A stretch of 64,000 bases of DNA, taken from Eledone cirrhosa. Taxonomy: Eukaryota. Below the pieces are notes generated by a model. It did not search any database and was not told the origin of the DNA. It saw only the letters and a program-made list of their open reading frames with translations. The position numbers were made by a program, and so were the translations under genes. Positions 26,360 through 48,671 of the stretch are shown here, piece after piece. The DNA lies in contig OZ024741.1 of assembly GCA_964016885.1 (NCBI GenBank), positions 81,344,001-81,408,000 of the forward strand, given 5' to 3'. The first letter of the stretch is position 1; each line of letters starts with the position of its first letter.

Positions 26360-28703
26360 GGTGGCTGCCAACTCGTTTTCGAGTACGGCCACTACTTTAT
26401 ATCCATGTAGGAGAACCCCTACCGAGGCGCTGAACGAGTGTGACTTTTTAGTCCAGCCAGCAACTTGAAAACTCTGGTACAAACACTAGAATTGAGACAA
26501 TTATTGACACATAGTGCTGGGCCCATGCTACCATGTGACGACAAGTGCAGAGAGATCTCCAGATATAAAGCAATGCCTGTGCCGTGAAGCTTTTATAGTG
26601 AGCAAAGGCACTGCACAAAGCCAGTCCCACTCTCTTAACCAAGATGATATTTACCAAAAAGAAGAACAAGTCAACATCATTGGATACCATCAGGGTTGCA
26701 GGTGTTATATCAGAGTTTTCCTTCTCCTAGAATTCTGCCTTTACAAAGGCTAAGGGGTCATCTCTCTATATATATACATACATCCATACATACATATATG
26801 TATATATACATATATGTATATATGCAAATATGTATGTATGTATATATACATATATATACATACATATTTGCATATATACATATATATATAGAAGGCACAT
26901 GGCTTAGTGGTTACAGCATTGGCCTTGCAATCGAAAGGTTGTGAGTTCAATTCTCAGACCGGGTGATGTGTCGTTTCCTTGAGCAAGACACTTTATTTCA
27001 CATTGCTCCAGCTTACTCAGCTGTAGAAATGAGATGATAGGGACTGGGGCCCATATCATTCCACTGCAAAGTGGTCGTGGAGGTGCCACGGCAAAAAAGC
27101 ACCCAGCACTCACTGTAAATGAGGTTGGTGTTAGGAAGGGCATCCAGCTGAAGAAATCAAGCCAGAATCAGTTCCCGTCCCACCCTAGCAAGCAGCGAAA
27201 AGCGGACATAAAATGATGATACATACATCTACATTTGCATATATGTATATATATATATACATGTATAGATACGTATATGTATATATACATACATATATGT
27301 ATATATACATACATATATGTATATATACATACATACATATATGTATATATACATATATATACATACATATATGTATATATATATATGGTGGCTGCCAACT
27401 CGTTTTCGAGTACGGCCACTACTTTATATCCATGTAGGAGAACCCCCTACCGATGCGCTGAACGAGTGTGACATTTTAGTCCAGCCAGCAACTTGAAAAC
27501 TCTGGTACAAACACTAGAATTGTGACAATTATTGACACATAGTGCTGGACCCATGGTACCATGTGATGACAAGTGCAGAGAGATCTCCAGATATAAAGCA
27601 ATGCCTTTGCCATGAAGCTTTTATAGTGAGCAAAGGCACTGCACAAAGCCAGTCCCACTCTCTTAACCAAGATGATATTTACCAAAAATACCATCAGGGT
27701 TGCAGGTGTTATATCAGAGTTTTCTTTCTCATAGAATTCTGCCTTGACAAAGGCTAAGTGGTCATCTCTCTATATATATACATACATATATGTATATATA
27801 CATATATATATATATACATATATGTATATATGCAAATATGTATGTATGTATATATACATACATATACATACATACATATTTGCATATATACATATATATA
27901 TAGAAGGCCCATGGCTTAGTGGTTACAGCATTGGCCTTGCAATCGAAAGGTTGTGAGTTCAATTCTCAGACTGGGTGATGTGTTGTTTCCTTGAGCAAGA
28001 CACTTTATTTCACATTGCTCCAGTTTACTCAGCTGTAGAAATGAGATGATAGGGACTGGGGTCCATATCATTCCACTGCAAAGTGGTCGTGGAGGTGCCA
28101 CGGCAAAAAAGCACCCAGCACTCACTGTAAATGAGGTTGGTGTTAGGAAGGGCATCCAGCTGAAGAAATCAAGCCAGAATCAGTTCCCGTCCCACCCTTG
28201 CAAGCAGGGAAAAGCGGACATAAAATGATGATACATACATCTACATTTGCATATTTGCATATATATATATACATGTATACATACATATATGTATATATAT
28301 GGTGGCTGCCAACTCGTTTTCGAGTACGGCCACTACTTTATATCCATGTAGGAGAACCCCTACCGATGCGCTGAACGAGTGTGACTTTTTAGTCCAGCCA
28401 GCAACTTGAAAACTCTGGTACAAACACTACACTTGTGACAATTATTGACACATAGTGCTAGACCCATGGTACCATGTGATGACAAGTGCAGAGAGATCTC
28501 CAGATATAAAGCAATGCCTGTGCTGTGAAGCTTTTATAGTGAGCAAAGGCACTGCACAAAGCCAGTCCCACTCTCTTAACCAAGATGATATTTACCAAAA
28601 AGAAGAACAAGTCAACATCATTGGATACCATCAGGGTTGCAGGTGTTATATCAGTTTTCCTTCTCCTAGAATTCTGCCTTGACAAAGGCTAAGGGGTCAT
28701 CTC
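26360..28703. repeat. Tandem triplication of an ~1-kb composite unit (~400-bp RTE-5'UTR-like segment, TA microsatellite, CORE SINE, microsatellite)
   Basis: Unit starts ggtggctgccaactcg at 26360, 27387 and 28301; SINE copies at ~26891-27219 and ~27903-28231. Confidence 0.9.
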
Positions 28704-28707
28704 TTCC

Positions 28708-28708
<1 letters not shown>

Positions 28709-28750
<42 letters not shown>

Positions 28751-29536
28751 CATACATACATACATATATATATATACATACATACATACATATATATACA
28801 TACATACATACATACATATATATATATACATACATACATGTATATATATATATACATACATATATACATATATATATACATACATGTATACATATATATA
28901 TACATACATATATATATACATACATATATATACATATATATATACATACATATATATACAATCATATATAGATACACATATATATATATATATACATATA
29001 TGTATATATACATATATGTATATATACATATATATATATACATATATGTATATATACATATATATATATACATATATGTATATATACATATATATATATA
29101 CATATATATATATATACATATATATATATACATATATATATATACATCTATCGAAAAACCACTCCTTCAACTATTCCTCTAACAACTTCACCCCTCCCTC
29201 CTAATATTCTCTATAAAAACTAAATAGGTCCTTAGTAATATTATTCTGATGAAATGACAGTAAATAATAACATTGAAATATTGAATGTCTGCATAACTAA
29301 AAGTTTGTAGATAGCAGCTGTTTTAGGTTATGTAACTGTTATAGAAACACGTGTCAATAAATTCCTTTCAACTAAACTGTATCCATTCAAATCTTTCTAT
29401 TTTTCTCCGGATTACTTTTGGAACTACAACTGAAACCGTCGAGCAAACTCTACGTGAGCTGATAATCTACTGTGTGTAATATTTATATTACAACACAACG
29501 GAAAATACTGTATATATATGTACATATATATATACA

Positions 29537-29574
<38 letters not shown>

Positions 29575-29738
29575 TGTATATATACATATTTATACATATA
29601 TGTATATATACATATATGTATATATACATATTTATACATATATGTATATATACATATATATATATATACACATACATATATATATATATACACATATATA
29701 TATACATATATGTATATATATATACATATATGTATATA

Positions 29739-29788
<50 letters not shown>

Positions 29789-30033
29789 CACATATATATA
29801 TACATATATGTATATATATATATATATATATATACATATATGTATATATACATATATATATACATATATATATACATATATATACATATATATATATATA
29901 TATACATATATGTATATATATATATATACGTACATATAAATATATATATATATATACATACGTACATATAAATATATATATATATACATACATACATATA
30001 AATATATATATATACATACATATAAATATATAT
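28709..30033. repeat. (TA)n/(TACA)n arrays interrupted by the mini element at 29148-29510
   Basis: Direct inspection. Confidence 0.9.
29241..29360 (+). ncRNA. Type I hammerhead ribozyme with a long (~90 nt) stem II
   Basis: ttatt CTGATGA a-atgacag...ctgttat-a GAAA cacgtg TC aataa. Perfect 5-bp stem I, palindromic stem III, GUC triplet. Confidence 0.8.
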
Positions 30034-30392
30034 ATCATCATCATCAACGTTTCACGTCCGTGTTCCACGCTTGCATGGGTTTGGACGGGGGTTTTCCCAC
30101 TTGAGGCAAGAGTGATTGTCTTGCTCACATAGGACTGTCTGGCGGGTTTTCTACAGCTGGATGCCCTTCCTAACACCAACCACATTTACAGTGTGGGGCT
30201 GGGAGGTTTTTACCGTTTTGCCTACACAGCCACATTACAGCGTGGACTGTGCGTTTTTTTGTCGAGACACCTACACGACCTCATTTGTTTCGGACTGGAT
30301 GTTGTGGTACCAACATAACTTCACATTTAAGGGGGTGGTGTGGATGGGGCGGGGGTAGTGGGATGGGGGTGTATTTTGTTAGAGGTGCCTAC
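30034..30392 (-). mobile_element. RTE family A 3' UTR fragment
   Basis: Reverse complement of the 22513-22881-like UTR, with (CAT)n. Confidence 0.85.
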
Positions 30393-30493
30393 TGACATAC
30401 ATATATATATATATGCATATATACATATATACATATAAACATATAAATATATATACATATATACATATACATATAAATATATACATATATATA

Positions 30494-31800
30494 CATCATC
30501 ATCATTTTACGTCCGCTTTTCCCTGCAAGGGTGGGACGGGGCTTATTCAGCACAGCATCTCTCCACTCGTCACGGTCCCTCGTCATCTCCACCGTGAGCT
30601 TCAATGATCTGAGGTCTGTTCTCACCACCTCCGCCCATGTTTTTCGTGGTCTACCTCTACCACGTCTTCCTTCAACTGGCATTTCCTGGCACTTCTTCAC
30701 CCATAAGTCATCCTCCATGCGCATCACATGTCCATACCACCTCAGTCTCCTCTCCCGTACACTACATTCTATCCCTCTCAGACACAGTTTCTCTCTCAAC
30801 ACATTTATGCTGGGTTGTTCACGCACATTTACACTGCACATCCAACGGAGCATGCTTGCCTCATTTCTCTCCAGCCGTCGCATATCCTCTGCGGTTGCTA
30901 CCCATGTCTCACTACCATGCAGCATCGCACTCCTCACACAGGCATCATACAACCGGCCTTTCGTACGCAGGGAGAAACCCTTCTTCGTCAACAGAGGAAG
31001 CAGCTCCCTGAACTTCTTCCAACCCGTCTTTATTCTAGATACTATGGCCTCGGAACACTCTCCTCCCATGCTAATCTGATCTCCTAGGTACCGGAAGCTA
31101 TCCACCACTTCTATAGCGCCCTCTCGCATTTGAAAAATGTGTCTATCAGTGCGACTCCTACTGTCTAATTTCCCTGTACATCTACTGCATACATATTTCT
31201 CCCTACCTGTTAGTTTGCCTGCTATCCCGCTACATCTCTTGTGTACCCAGGACCTGCATTGTGTGCATTTTATAGAATTTATGCCAGTTCCTTTTCTGCA
31301 TATCGTACATGGCCATTTCCCTGACAGAATCAGGGTTTTGTCCTCTTTTCTACTCATCAACACTTTTGTCTTAGCTAGATTTACTCTCAGTCCTCTTGCT
31401 TCCAACTGCTGTTTCCATAGCCGGAATTTATTCTCTAGCTCCTCTATTGATTCTGCTATAAGAGCCAGATCGTCAGCATAGAGAAGTTCCATGGACAGCC
31501 AGTCTTAAACTCCTCTGTTATGGCTTGGAGGACTATAATGAACAAGAGCGGGCTGAGGACCGAACCCTGATGTACTACTCCTTGTATCTGAAATTCCTCA
31601 CTAAACTCCATTCCTACCCTGACTTTACTGAGAGTACCTCTGTACAAAGTTTGCACTGTCCTCACAAGCCATTCCTCAACACCTAGCTTCCTTAGGGACC
31701 ACCAGATGACAGATCGGGGTACCCTATCAAAGGCCTTCTCTAGGTCAACAAAGGCTAAGTATAGTGGCTTATTCTTCTCTAAGAACCTTGCATTTGCCTC
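30494..31800 (-). mobile_element. RTE LINE, family B, RT domain to 3' end (one frameshift near 31492)
   Basis: [12 protein letters not shown]...[11 protein letters not shown]...GCPW / [10 protein letters not shown]...CxxC/CxxC insert...GSETW...RLRWYGHV...GRPRKTW; flanked by TA arrays. Confidence 0.95.
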
Positions 31801-40322
<8,522 letters not shown>

Positions 40323-40522
40323 NNNNNNNNNNNNNNNNNNNNNNNNNNNNNNNNNNNNNNNNNNNNNNNNNNNNNNNNNNNNNNNNNNNNNNNNNNNNNN
40401 NNNNNNNNNNNNNNNNNNNNNNNNNNNNNNNNNNNNNNNNNNNNNNNNNNNNNNNNNNNNNNNNNNNNNNNNNNNNNNNNNNNNNNNNNNNNNNNNNNNN
40501 NNNNNNNNNNNNNNNNNNNNNN
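40323..40522. other. Assembly gap (200 N)
   Basis: Run of N. Confidence 1.
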
Positions 40523-41404
40523 TCCAGGCCAGATGTAAAATGTACAAGACAGGATGCCAGTAAAATGTACAAGACAGGATGCCAGTCTTTTGCATGGTTA
40601 ATCCACAGTTACTGCTGGCACCTCATTTTTAGCTGAGTAGACTGAAGTAACATGTACTGAAGTGTTTTTCCCAAGAACACAATGCACCATCTGGTCCAAG
40701 AATCAAACCCATGACATGACAATCGTAAGTCCAACACCCTAACCATGGGGCCATATAGATTTAAATATTTCTAAGCATAGTTCAGTCAGTTAAATTTTCA
40801 CTTACTAAACAAAAGTGACAATGATGGAGCTTTAAATATCAATGAGGGCCCCTCCCACTCTATGTAGTCACAAGATCTGCTAAAAATTGCAGCCAGATGT
40901 TCCATAAATTATACATTGATAATGGACCCTTCATTGGTTTTTGAGGGTGAAATTTCAGTTGTTCAATCAACTGAATGTCTAACACTCATGGATTAATGCG
41001 TCAGTGGTGAAGTATTCCACTAGCATGTGTGCTCTTAACGTAACTCCCAATCTAAATCAGTGTTGCACAATATGTGACAATATGATGATGATGCTGCCTT
41101 AGGTTAACATTGAGCTACAGGATAGATAAATAGCCAGAAACCTCACACCTTATATTCTTAAATAAGGAAAGAACACATTAGATAATGTAGACCTATAGAG
41201 TCTTATCTATGTGGCATAGTGGTTAGAGTGTTGTGCTTACAAACGCAAGGTAGTGAAATCAATTCCTGGACTAGGTGGCATATTGTGTTGGAAACGATGG
41301 CAGCTCAATAAACATTGCTTACATCTGGAATACTTATGATCATGGTTTGTCTCGATTAGGGCTGACCTGGGCCAAACTAAAATAACCACCACAACGTTTG
41401 ATTG

Positions 41405-41618
41405 ATAGTATCGGTCGGTAGGGGGTCGGACGCCATGCTTTGCAGCATAGAATTACGGCCCTTCATGATCTGAGTTCAAATCCCGTCGGGGTTAACTTTG
41501 TCTTTCATCCTTATGGGGGTCGATAAAATAAAGTACCAGTCATGCACTGGGTCGATTTAATCGATTTCCCTCTCCCCCTTTCAATTACTGGCCTTGAGCC
41601 TAAAGTAGAAATCGTTAT
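41405..41618 (+). mobile_element. Family-2 SINE
   Basis: gtcggacgccatgctttgcagcatag...gagttcaaatccc...gtcgataaaataaagtaccag...ggccttgagcctaaagtagaa. Confidence 0.85.
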
Positions 41619-42076
41619 TTATCTATACTCTATCAATCAATCAAATGATTATAATCATTTGAATAAAATAGCAAATTTAAAATTACATTTTGGTTAATAT
41701 ATTTTGTGTTCTACAAAAAGTAATGAAATATGCATAACAAAATGAGGTTTAAGGTTGATGATTCTGATGTATATATCTTTGTCGACAGAGAGAGATAAGG
41801 TGTAGATAAGGGGAACATAGAGAATGATAGAGAAGAGAAACAGAGAAATGTAGGTAAGCAAATAAAGTTGAATAGAGAATGAAAGGGAAAGGGGTAAAGC
41901 AGGGATATATATATATATAGGGAGAGAGAGAGAGATTGATTGAGAGGGAGTATAAACTCGGGTTTATACCTTTCTGTATACCCACTCTGCATCTTCCCAA
42001 GTATTGAGTACTTCCATGATTTGTGGTCGCCATAGTCAGCAGTCCAGAATCTCTTTCTCTCTCAATTATATACATA

Positions 42077-43690
42077 TCATCATTGTTTAATGTCCATTTT
42101 TCATGCTAGCATGAGTTAGTTGGGTCGCCCCATTGGGTCAGGTGACTGTATCTTGCTCATATAGAACTGTTTCTGACTAAGTTTCTACGGGTGGATGCCC
42201 ATCCAAATGACAACCACATTTACAGTGAGTACTGGGTGCTTTTTGTCGTGACACCCACACAACCACTTTACAGTGTCGGCTAAATGCTGTTTGGTTGTGA
42301 TACCAACATAAATTTACAGTGTAATGGTGGTGTGGACAGAAGTGGGTGGGTAGGTGTAGGGCGTGGGGGTGTATGGAAGGGGGTTTAGGGGTTAAGAAGT
42401 GCCTACTAGATGTATATTTGAGTGCGTGCACATGGGAAGGTGTGTCTTCTATATTACTGCATAACGACAAAGATCTCTATCTTGTGTCATTGTCTTCGAG
42501 AGGTGCAATTGTGCAAGGCGAGCTTTTATCATCTCTTTCTGGGTTTTCCTACTTCATAGCTTCCATCAACTTTGACGGCCCTGCACCTTTTTATACAGCT
42601 GTCATCCTTCATACACATCACATGACCATACCAATGCAATCTCCTCTCTAGCATACTGCATCTGATCCCTCTTATGCCTAATTTTTCTCTCAGTTCATTT
42701 ATGCTTTGTCGTTCGTGTATTACACATCCATCAAAGCATACACACTTCATTTCTTTCCATACTTTACAGGTCCTCTGCAGTGCCCAGGCCTCACTACCAT
42801 GTAACACTGCTGTTCATATACATGCATCATACAATCTGCTCTTCATTTTAAGGGAAAAACCTTTTTGTAACTAACAGGGGTATTAGCTCTCTGAACTTTC
42901 TCCATCCCATTCTTACTCTGGCTACTGTACTTTCTGAAAACTTTCCACCACTGCTAATTTCACCCAGGTAACGGAAAATGTCGACTATTTTTATAGTACC
43001 ATTTGGGTATTTGAAGGAGCTAGTATCCCGTGGGCACTTGCTACTTACTGCACCTGAACATCAGTCGCATATAAAACCTACATTCTTTGATAGCCTGCCT
43101 GTGATCCCACTACATTTTTTATGTACCCATAGAATGGAATTTGGGACGTAGAATGGAATTTCTACCTACTCTTTTCCTGTACACTGAGGAAGGCTATTTC
43201 CCAGAGGGAATCTGGGCCCTATTTTCCTTTCTACATACTAGAATTTTAGTCTTAACTTAAAGACCTTTTGATTCTAGGCCATACTCCTAGGTTTGGAATT
43301 TCTTCTCTAATTCTACCATAGATGTAGCTATGAGAGTTAGATCACCTGCATTCAGAAATTCCCATGAGCAGCCAGCCATAGACCCTTCTGTTATAGTCTG
43401 TAGGGCAATAATAAAGAGGAGAGAGCTAAGGATGGAGCCCTGATGAACACGTACCTATACTCTAAATTCTACACTATAGTCATTGTTAATTCTAACCTTG
43501 CTAACTTTTCCTCTCCCAGTTTTCTAAGAGCACATCAGATAATGGAACGGGGCACTCTGTCAAAGGCTTTCTCCAAGTCAACAAAAGCTAAGAAGAGGGG
43601 TTTGCTTTTAACTAGGTACTTCTCCTGCCTCACAAGGAAGAGAGCATTCGTGGTACTTTTAGCTGGCACAAATCCAAACTGCATTTCATG
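42077..43690 (-). mobile_element. Degraded RTE LINE (family A-like), RT to 3' tail
   Basis: Reverse complement encodes [26 protein letters not shown] and RRLHWYGHV with stops and frameshifts. Confidence 0.85.
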
Positions 43691-43898
43691 AAGGTTATAT
43701 ATATATATATAGATATAGATATATCATGTGTAGTATAGTCCTGTAGAAGCCATTTCTATATTAAACATGTCTACACTCTAATGTATTGAGTATCATACTA
43801 ACTGTGGTTACCACCGATTGAACTCAGGAATCATACCCATATATATATATAAAGGAAAACGAAGTTTCGTTTACATGTAGCTTTTTTATTGTGTATCG

Positions 43899-43983
43899 AC
43901 CTGTTACAGCGTTTCGCAGAGGATTGGCTCAAGGTTACACATAGAAATTATGGACCCATTATCGATATACTCATCAGACTGGT
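43899..43983 (-). ncRNA. Type I hammerhead ribozyme motif (long stem II) in a TA-flanked mini element (~43851-44000)
   Basis: Minus strand: accagt CTGATGA g...c GAAA cgctg TA acaggt. Stem I extends with gtatc/gatac; AATAAA follows. Confidence 0.65.
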
Positions 43984-44623
43984 GATACGACAAAAAATGC
44001 ATATATATATATATATATGGGGGTGGAGCTTAGCCGTGTGGTTACTTCGTTTTATTCTTAATATCAAAGTTGATGTTATATATATATATATACAACAGAA
44101 ATAGAGATAAGAACAAAGAGAGAAATACATAGGTGGATAGAACAGGAGGGAGGGAGAAAAAGATGAGAGATTATAGACAAAGAGAAATAGAGGCATGGAA
44201 AAAATAGTAACAGACATAAAATCTAAGAGAAACACGGAAGATAAAACACCATTTATTGAGGTGAAACGATAGACTGTAACACACGCACATGTATACCGAA
44301 ACTCATTCGTTCTCCCACACATATCTACATACGGTCCTTCACACACACACGCACGGATACATAAACACGAATTAATTCGTTTACATATAGCCGAGCATTC
44401 GTTATTACATACACACATAAACACTACCTCGTTGTCTCACTTTTACACACATTCAAACATAAAAAGGAAAGGGAGAAAGAGAGCGAGAGAGAAATGAGGC
44501 TGCAATGTTCAACAGTTATCATTAGATTTATATATACATAGCTTTGAAGATAATTGCCGTTATAAACATTTACAACAGTCACAGTCAAACAAGAGACATG
44601 ATATACGTAGTTTACACACACAC

Positions 44624-44658
<35 letters not shown>

Positions 44659-45033
44659 CACACACACACATGTGTATGCTGTCTGTGATAATTTGTAGAT
44701 GTTGGGTTGTGGATTTATAGGTACAAAAATAAACTGAATGGGGTGTCTACATACGTTAGAAGACAACCGTATTTATTATGTTGTATTTTGGTTGGTTGGT
44801 ACTAGAGTTTCGCAGAGGCCAATAGCTCTCTCTCACACACACATTAAATATATCCTCTTCCACCAAGAATGAACCTGATATATATATATATATATATATG
44901 ACTCTACTACCCTAAGTATTGAGTACTCTGGTGCGTTATGGTCCATCTGGTTCCTTACCACAATTCCTTTGTTTATATATATATATATATACAATATATT
45001 AACGAATGGAAACTATATTTATAAAACCATATT

Positions 45034-45099
45034 TATTTCATTATACATATTTCAAGGGCCACCAGAACAAACTATGGTGCGCTTTCATCAGATAAAATA
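45034..45099 (-). ncRNA. Minimal type I hammerhead ribozyme motif
   Basis: Minus strand: tattttat CTGATGA aag-cg-cacca...tggtg-gcc-ctt GAAA tatgta TA atgaaata. Confidence 0.78.
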
Positions 45100-45164
45100 T
45101 AATATAGGTTAGTTTTATAAATAAATATTGACATACCCTTAAAAAATGCAACCATTCTGGTTGG

Positions 45165-45259
45165 AATATCCATTTATATTAAGGCTAAAAAGTGAGTCTT
45201 GTTACTCTAGTTTCTAGAGTAACAAGACTCATTTTTTAGCCTTAATATAAATGGATATT
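45165..45259. repeat. Palindrome, 46-bp arms, 3-nt loop, one mismatch
   Basis: aatatcc...actctag ttt ctagagt...ggatatt. Confidence 0.9.
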
Positions 45260-46866
45260 AAAATCTACTTCGGTATTGAGTACTCCTTTTCTGAGCCGTC
45301 AACTACATACGATATATATTTCTTTATTAAAGCTAAGTGGAAGTTTCACCTATGCACTCACAAGATCAGACGAGTTTTGTCTGAGAATTCTGTGAGTGCA
45401 TAGGTGAAACTCCAGAGCACCACTTAGCTAAAATATAGAGTATGTAAACTCTACTTCACTCCGGTATTGAGTACTCGTTCTCACGTGTGTGTGTGTATGA
45501 ATGAATGCAGGTGTATCTGCGCGTGTATTTATATGTGTATGTTGGTGTCATGTATGTATGTATGAGGAGGTGAACCTGTAAGTATGTGGAGCATCTGTCG
45601 AGCCAACGTGGTCACTAGAACCGCTAGAAATAGCATCCAAATCTTCCTCAAATAACCCCATCTTAGTAAATGACATTGGATTATAATCCCAGTTTTAAAA
45701 ATATGGCTTCGATCATAGATTTGCTAGGTCAGGATTGATCTAGGGCTAAATAACTAAATATTAAGCGAGCTATAGAGAGGCAGGCCTCTACACAATCGCC
45801 CTGACTGCTTGAAACAGCAGCCAGATATTTGCACTCAAATTCCAACCTTCCATCGTTTAAAAAAGAGGAGACAGGAAGACAACTTGGACAATATAATCCT
45901 AGATACATGATGTAATGAGATAAAAACGGCATAATCACGTTTGGAACGATTTTGAATTAGTAGCTGAACTGGAGCTAAATAACAACAGCTAAGTATTAAA
46001 CGAGGCGGTCGCTCAAGCTGCTAGAAATAGTAGAAGAACGTAGAAGAACACATTGGATTATATAGGCCTAGATACTGTATATGAGAAAAACGGCATGGTT
46101 ATGATTGGAACTACTTTGATGATAGGTTTATTTAACTGGGGCTTCTGACATGGAGCTAAACAACTCAACGTGCAAACAGGTGTGCGTGTGTAAATGAGAG
46201 CGACAAAGAGAGAGAGAGAGAAAAGCGAATGGAATAATGAGATACTTATTGAAAAGTTGCAAAAGCATACGAGATACTTATACGGGTTTATTCTGAATCA
46301 CGCTGCATTAGTACTATCGCTAAATAAAGTTATAAAACACCCATCTCACACCAGCCATTGCCTAAAGTTGTGCTTGTATGTATGTATATATGTGTGTGTG
46401 TGTGTTTAAACAGAGAGAGTATATCATAGACACGTGTATCTTTAACATAACCCACTGGGTGGATTCAGCGTGATATACTTTGACTGGTTAGCCCTTTCTA
46501 TTGGGGGCACAGTCCATCCTATAGTGTAAGTAGCTGAGTATTCCACAGGCATCTATATTCTTAACTCGCAGGAAAAATTCAGCGTGATACAGTGTAAGAC
46601 AAAATGAGTACTTTGAATTACAAGTACACTAGGTGACGGGCATCCACATGCAGTGGGATCAAACTCAAACCACATGATTGTGAAACGAACTAACCATTTG
46701 ACCACGTATCCATACACACATCATATATCCTGTATCTCTCTCTCTTATATATATATATATTATATATTATGGAATACTGTTGGCTTTTCGCTACAATGTT
46801 GTCTATACCTATCATTTATATATATATATATACCGTAAACTACCGTAAACTCTTGGTAGATTTATC

Positions 46867-46925
<59 letters not shown>

Positions 46926-47136
46926 TGATGCTTTCTCTGTGCAGCCGTATGAGATCTGTCCCACCCTTGCAAGCAGGGAAAAGCGGACGTAAAATGATGA
47001 TGATGATAATACACACACACACACACACACACACATTCAGAAAATAACATGGTAGTTCCTTGGCATTAGACATAAGAACTTTTTTCTACAATTAATCGAC
47101 TTCCGTTTTTTGCTGTTTAGCCCCAGGTCTACCTTA

Positions 47137-47461
47137 TGTGGATTGGCAGTATCGGTAGAGGGTCGGACGCCATGCTTTCCAGCATAGATATGTCCCTTTA
47201 CGATCTGAGTTCAAATGCCGCCGAGGTTGACTTTGTCTTTCATCCTTACGGGGTCGATAAAATAAAGTACCAGTAATGCACTGGGTGAGTGCTGGCCTTG
47301 TGCTTAAAGTAAAAACAATTATATATATATATATCCCTTTACGATCTGAGTTCAAATCCCGCCATGGTTAACTTTGCCTTTCATCCTTACGGGGTCGATA
47401 AAATAAAGTACCAGTAATGCACAGGGTATGTGCTGGCTTTGTGCCAAAAGTAGAAACAATT
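47137..47461 (+). mobile_element. Two tandem family-2 SINEs (second 5'-truncated)
   Basis: Copies at ~47137-47320 and ~47335-47461. Confidence 0.85.
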
Positions 47462-47885
47462 ATATATATATATACAAGTAGTCATTCGTGTTTTGATTGT
47501 TTTTGTTTTTTTACCGGACGTGTAATTTGAGGGATATTTAGTTGCTAATTGTAACGGTGGACTTTTTATATTTAACGAACTGAAATGTTTGGCATTGTGT
47601 GTGTGTGTGTATAAGTTAACAAGATATCGTTTAAGGTAATCCAAGTAGATGTTATGAGTATTCTTTATCGAAGAGAGTTTTAACGTTCGGCGTTGTTTGA
47701 CTCAACAAGTTTCCTTAGTCGGGTGGCCGGTATATATAAGGTTTAGGTCCCTTATGATTTGAACGCATATACGTTTATATTTGTGTTTGTCTCTCTTTAT
47801 TAAATTATATTATAAGGCTCGGAAAATTTCTTTTTTTTCCTTGAGATATTTTAATTATAAGGGACTATTGTGAGTTTTCAACTCA

Positions 47886-47938
<53 letters not shown>

Positions 47939-48075
47939 AGAGTTAAACAAGATTCAATGAATACATCAAAGAATGAGTTTTACAATAGATTGGAAGCACT
48001 CTACAAGAAATATTTTCCAGAGTTATTAATATTAATTCAAAATATTAACAAAATAGATATTCTTGTGATCAATTA

Positions 48076-48140
48076 TATTTTATTATACATATTTCAGAGG
48101 TACTGAATTAAGTTCAACAGTACGTTCATCAGATAAAATA
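48076..48140 (-). ncRNA. Minimal type I hammerhead ribozyme motif
   Basis: Minus strand: tattttat CTGATGA ac-gtactg...cagtac-ctct GAAA tatgta TA ataaaata. Confidence 0.7.
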
Positions 48141-48216
48141 AAATGATACATGACATACCCTGACATGGGAGATGGTTAAGATTTAATCAAGGTAGTGATT
48201 AACTTATGACAAAACT

Positions 48217-48259
<43 letters not shown>

Positions 48260-48359
48260 ACCAAAAGTTTAACAAGGTTCATTGATTAATCAATGAATAA
48301 AGTTTTACAATAGATTAGAAGCACTCAACAAAGAAGTTTCTGGAGTTATTAATATTACT

Positions 48360-48549
48360 ACATGGCCAGTGGATTGGCAGTATCGGTAGAGGGTCGGACG
48401 CCATGCTTTGACGCATAGAGTTACGGGCCTTGCCATTCTGAGTTCAAATCCCGCCGAGGTTAACTTTGCCTTTCATCCTTATGGGGTCGATAAAATAAAG
48501 TACCAGTAATACACTGGGTAATTGCTGGCCTTGTGCCAAAAGTAGAAAC
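48360..48549 (+). mobile_element. Family-2 SINE with 16-bp TSD, inserted into a hammerhead-bearing repeat
   Basis: TSD agttattaatattact at 48344-48359 and 48550-48565; the empty site is visible in the sister unit at ~48021-48040. Confidence 0.92.
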
Positions 48550-48605
48550 AGTTATTAATATTACTTCAAAATATTAATAAATATAGACATTCATGTGATC
48601 AAATA

Positions 48606-48671
48606 TATTTTATTATACATATTTCAGAGGTACTGAGCTATTTCATCAGTACGTCCTCATCAGATAAAATA
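48606..48671 (-). ncRNA. Minimal type I hammerhead ribozyme motif (left arm of inverted repeat)
   Basis: Exact reverse complement of 48766-48831. Confidence 0.72.

Noticed and set aside
26360-28703. Repeat-spacer-like periodicity suggestive of CRISPR
   Set aside because: Eukaryotic context, kb-scale units and no cas genes; it is a tandem duplication.
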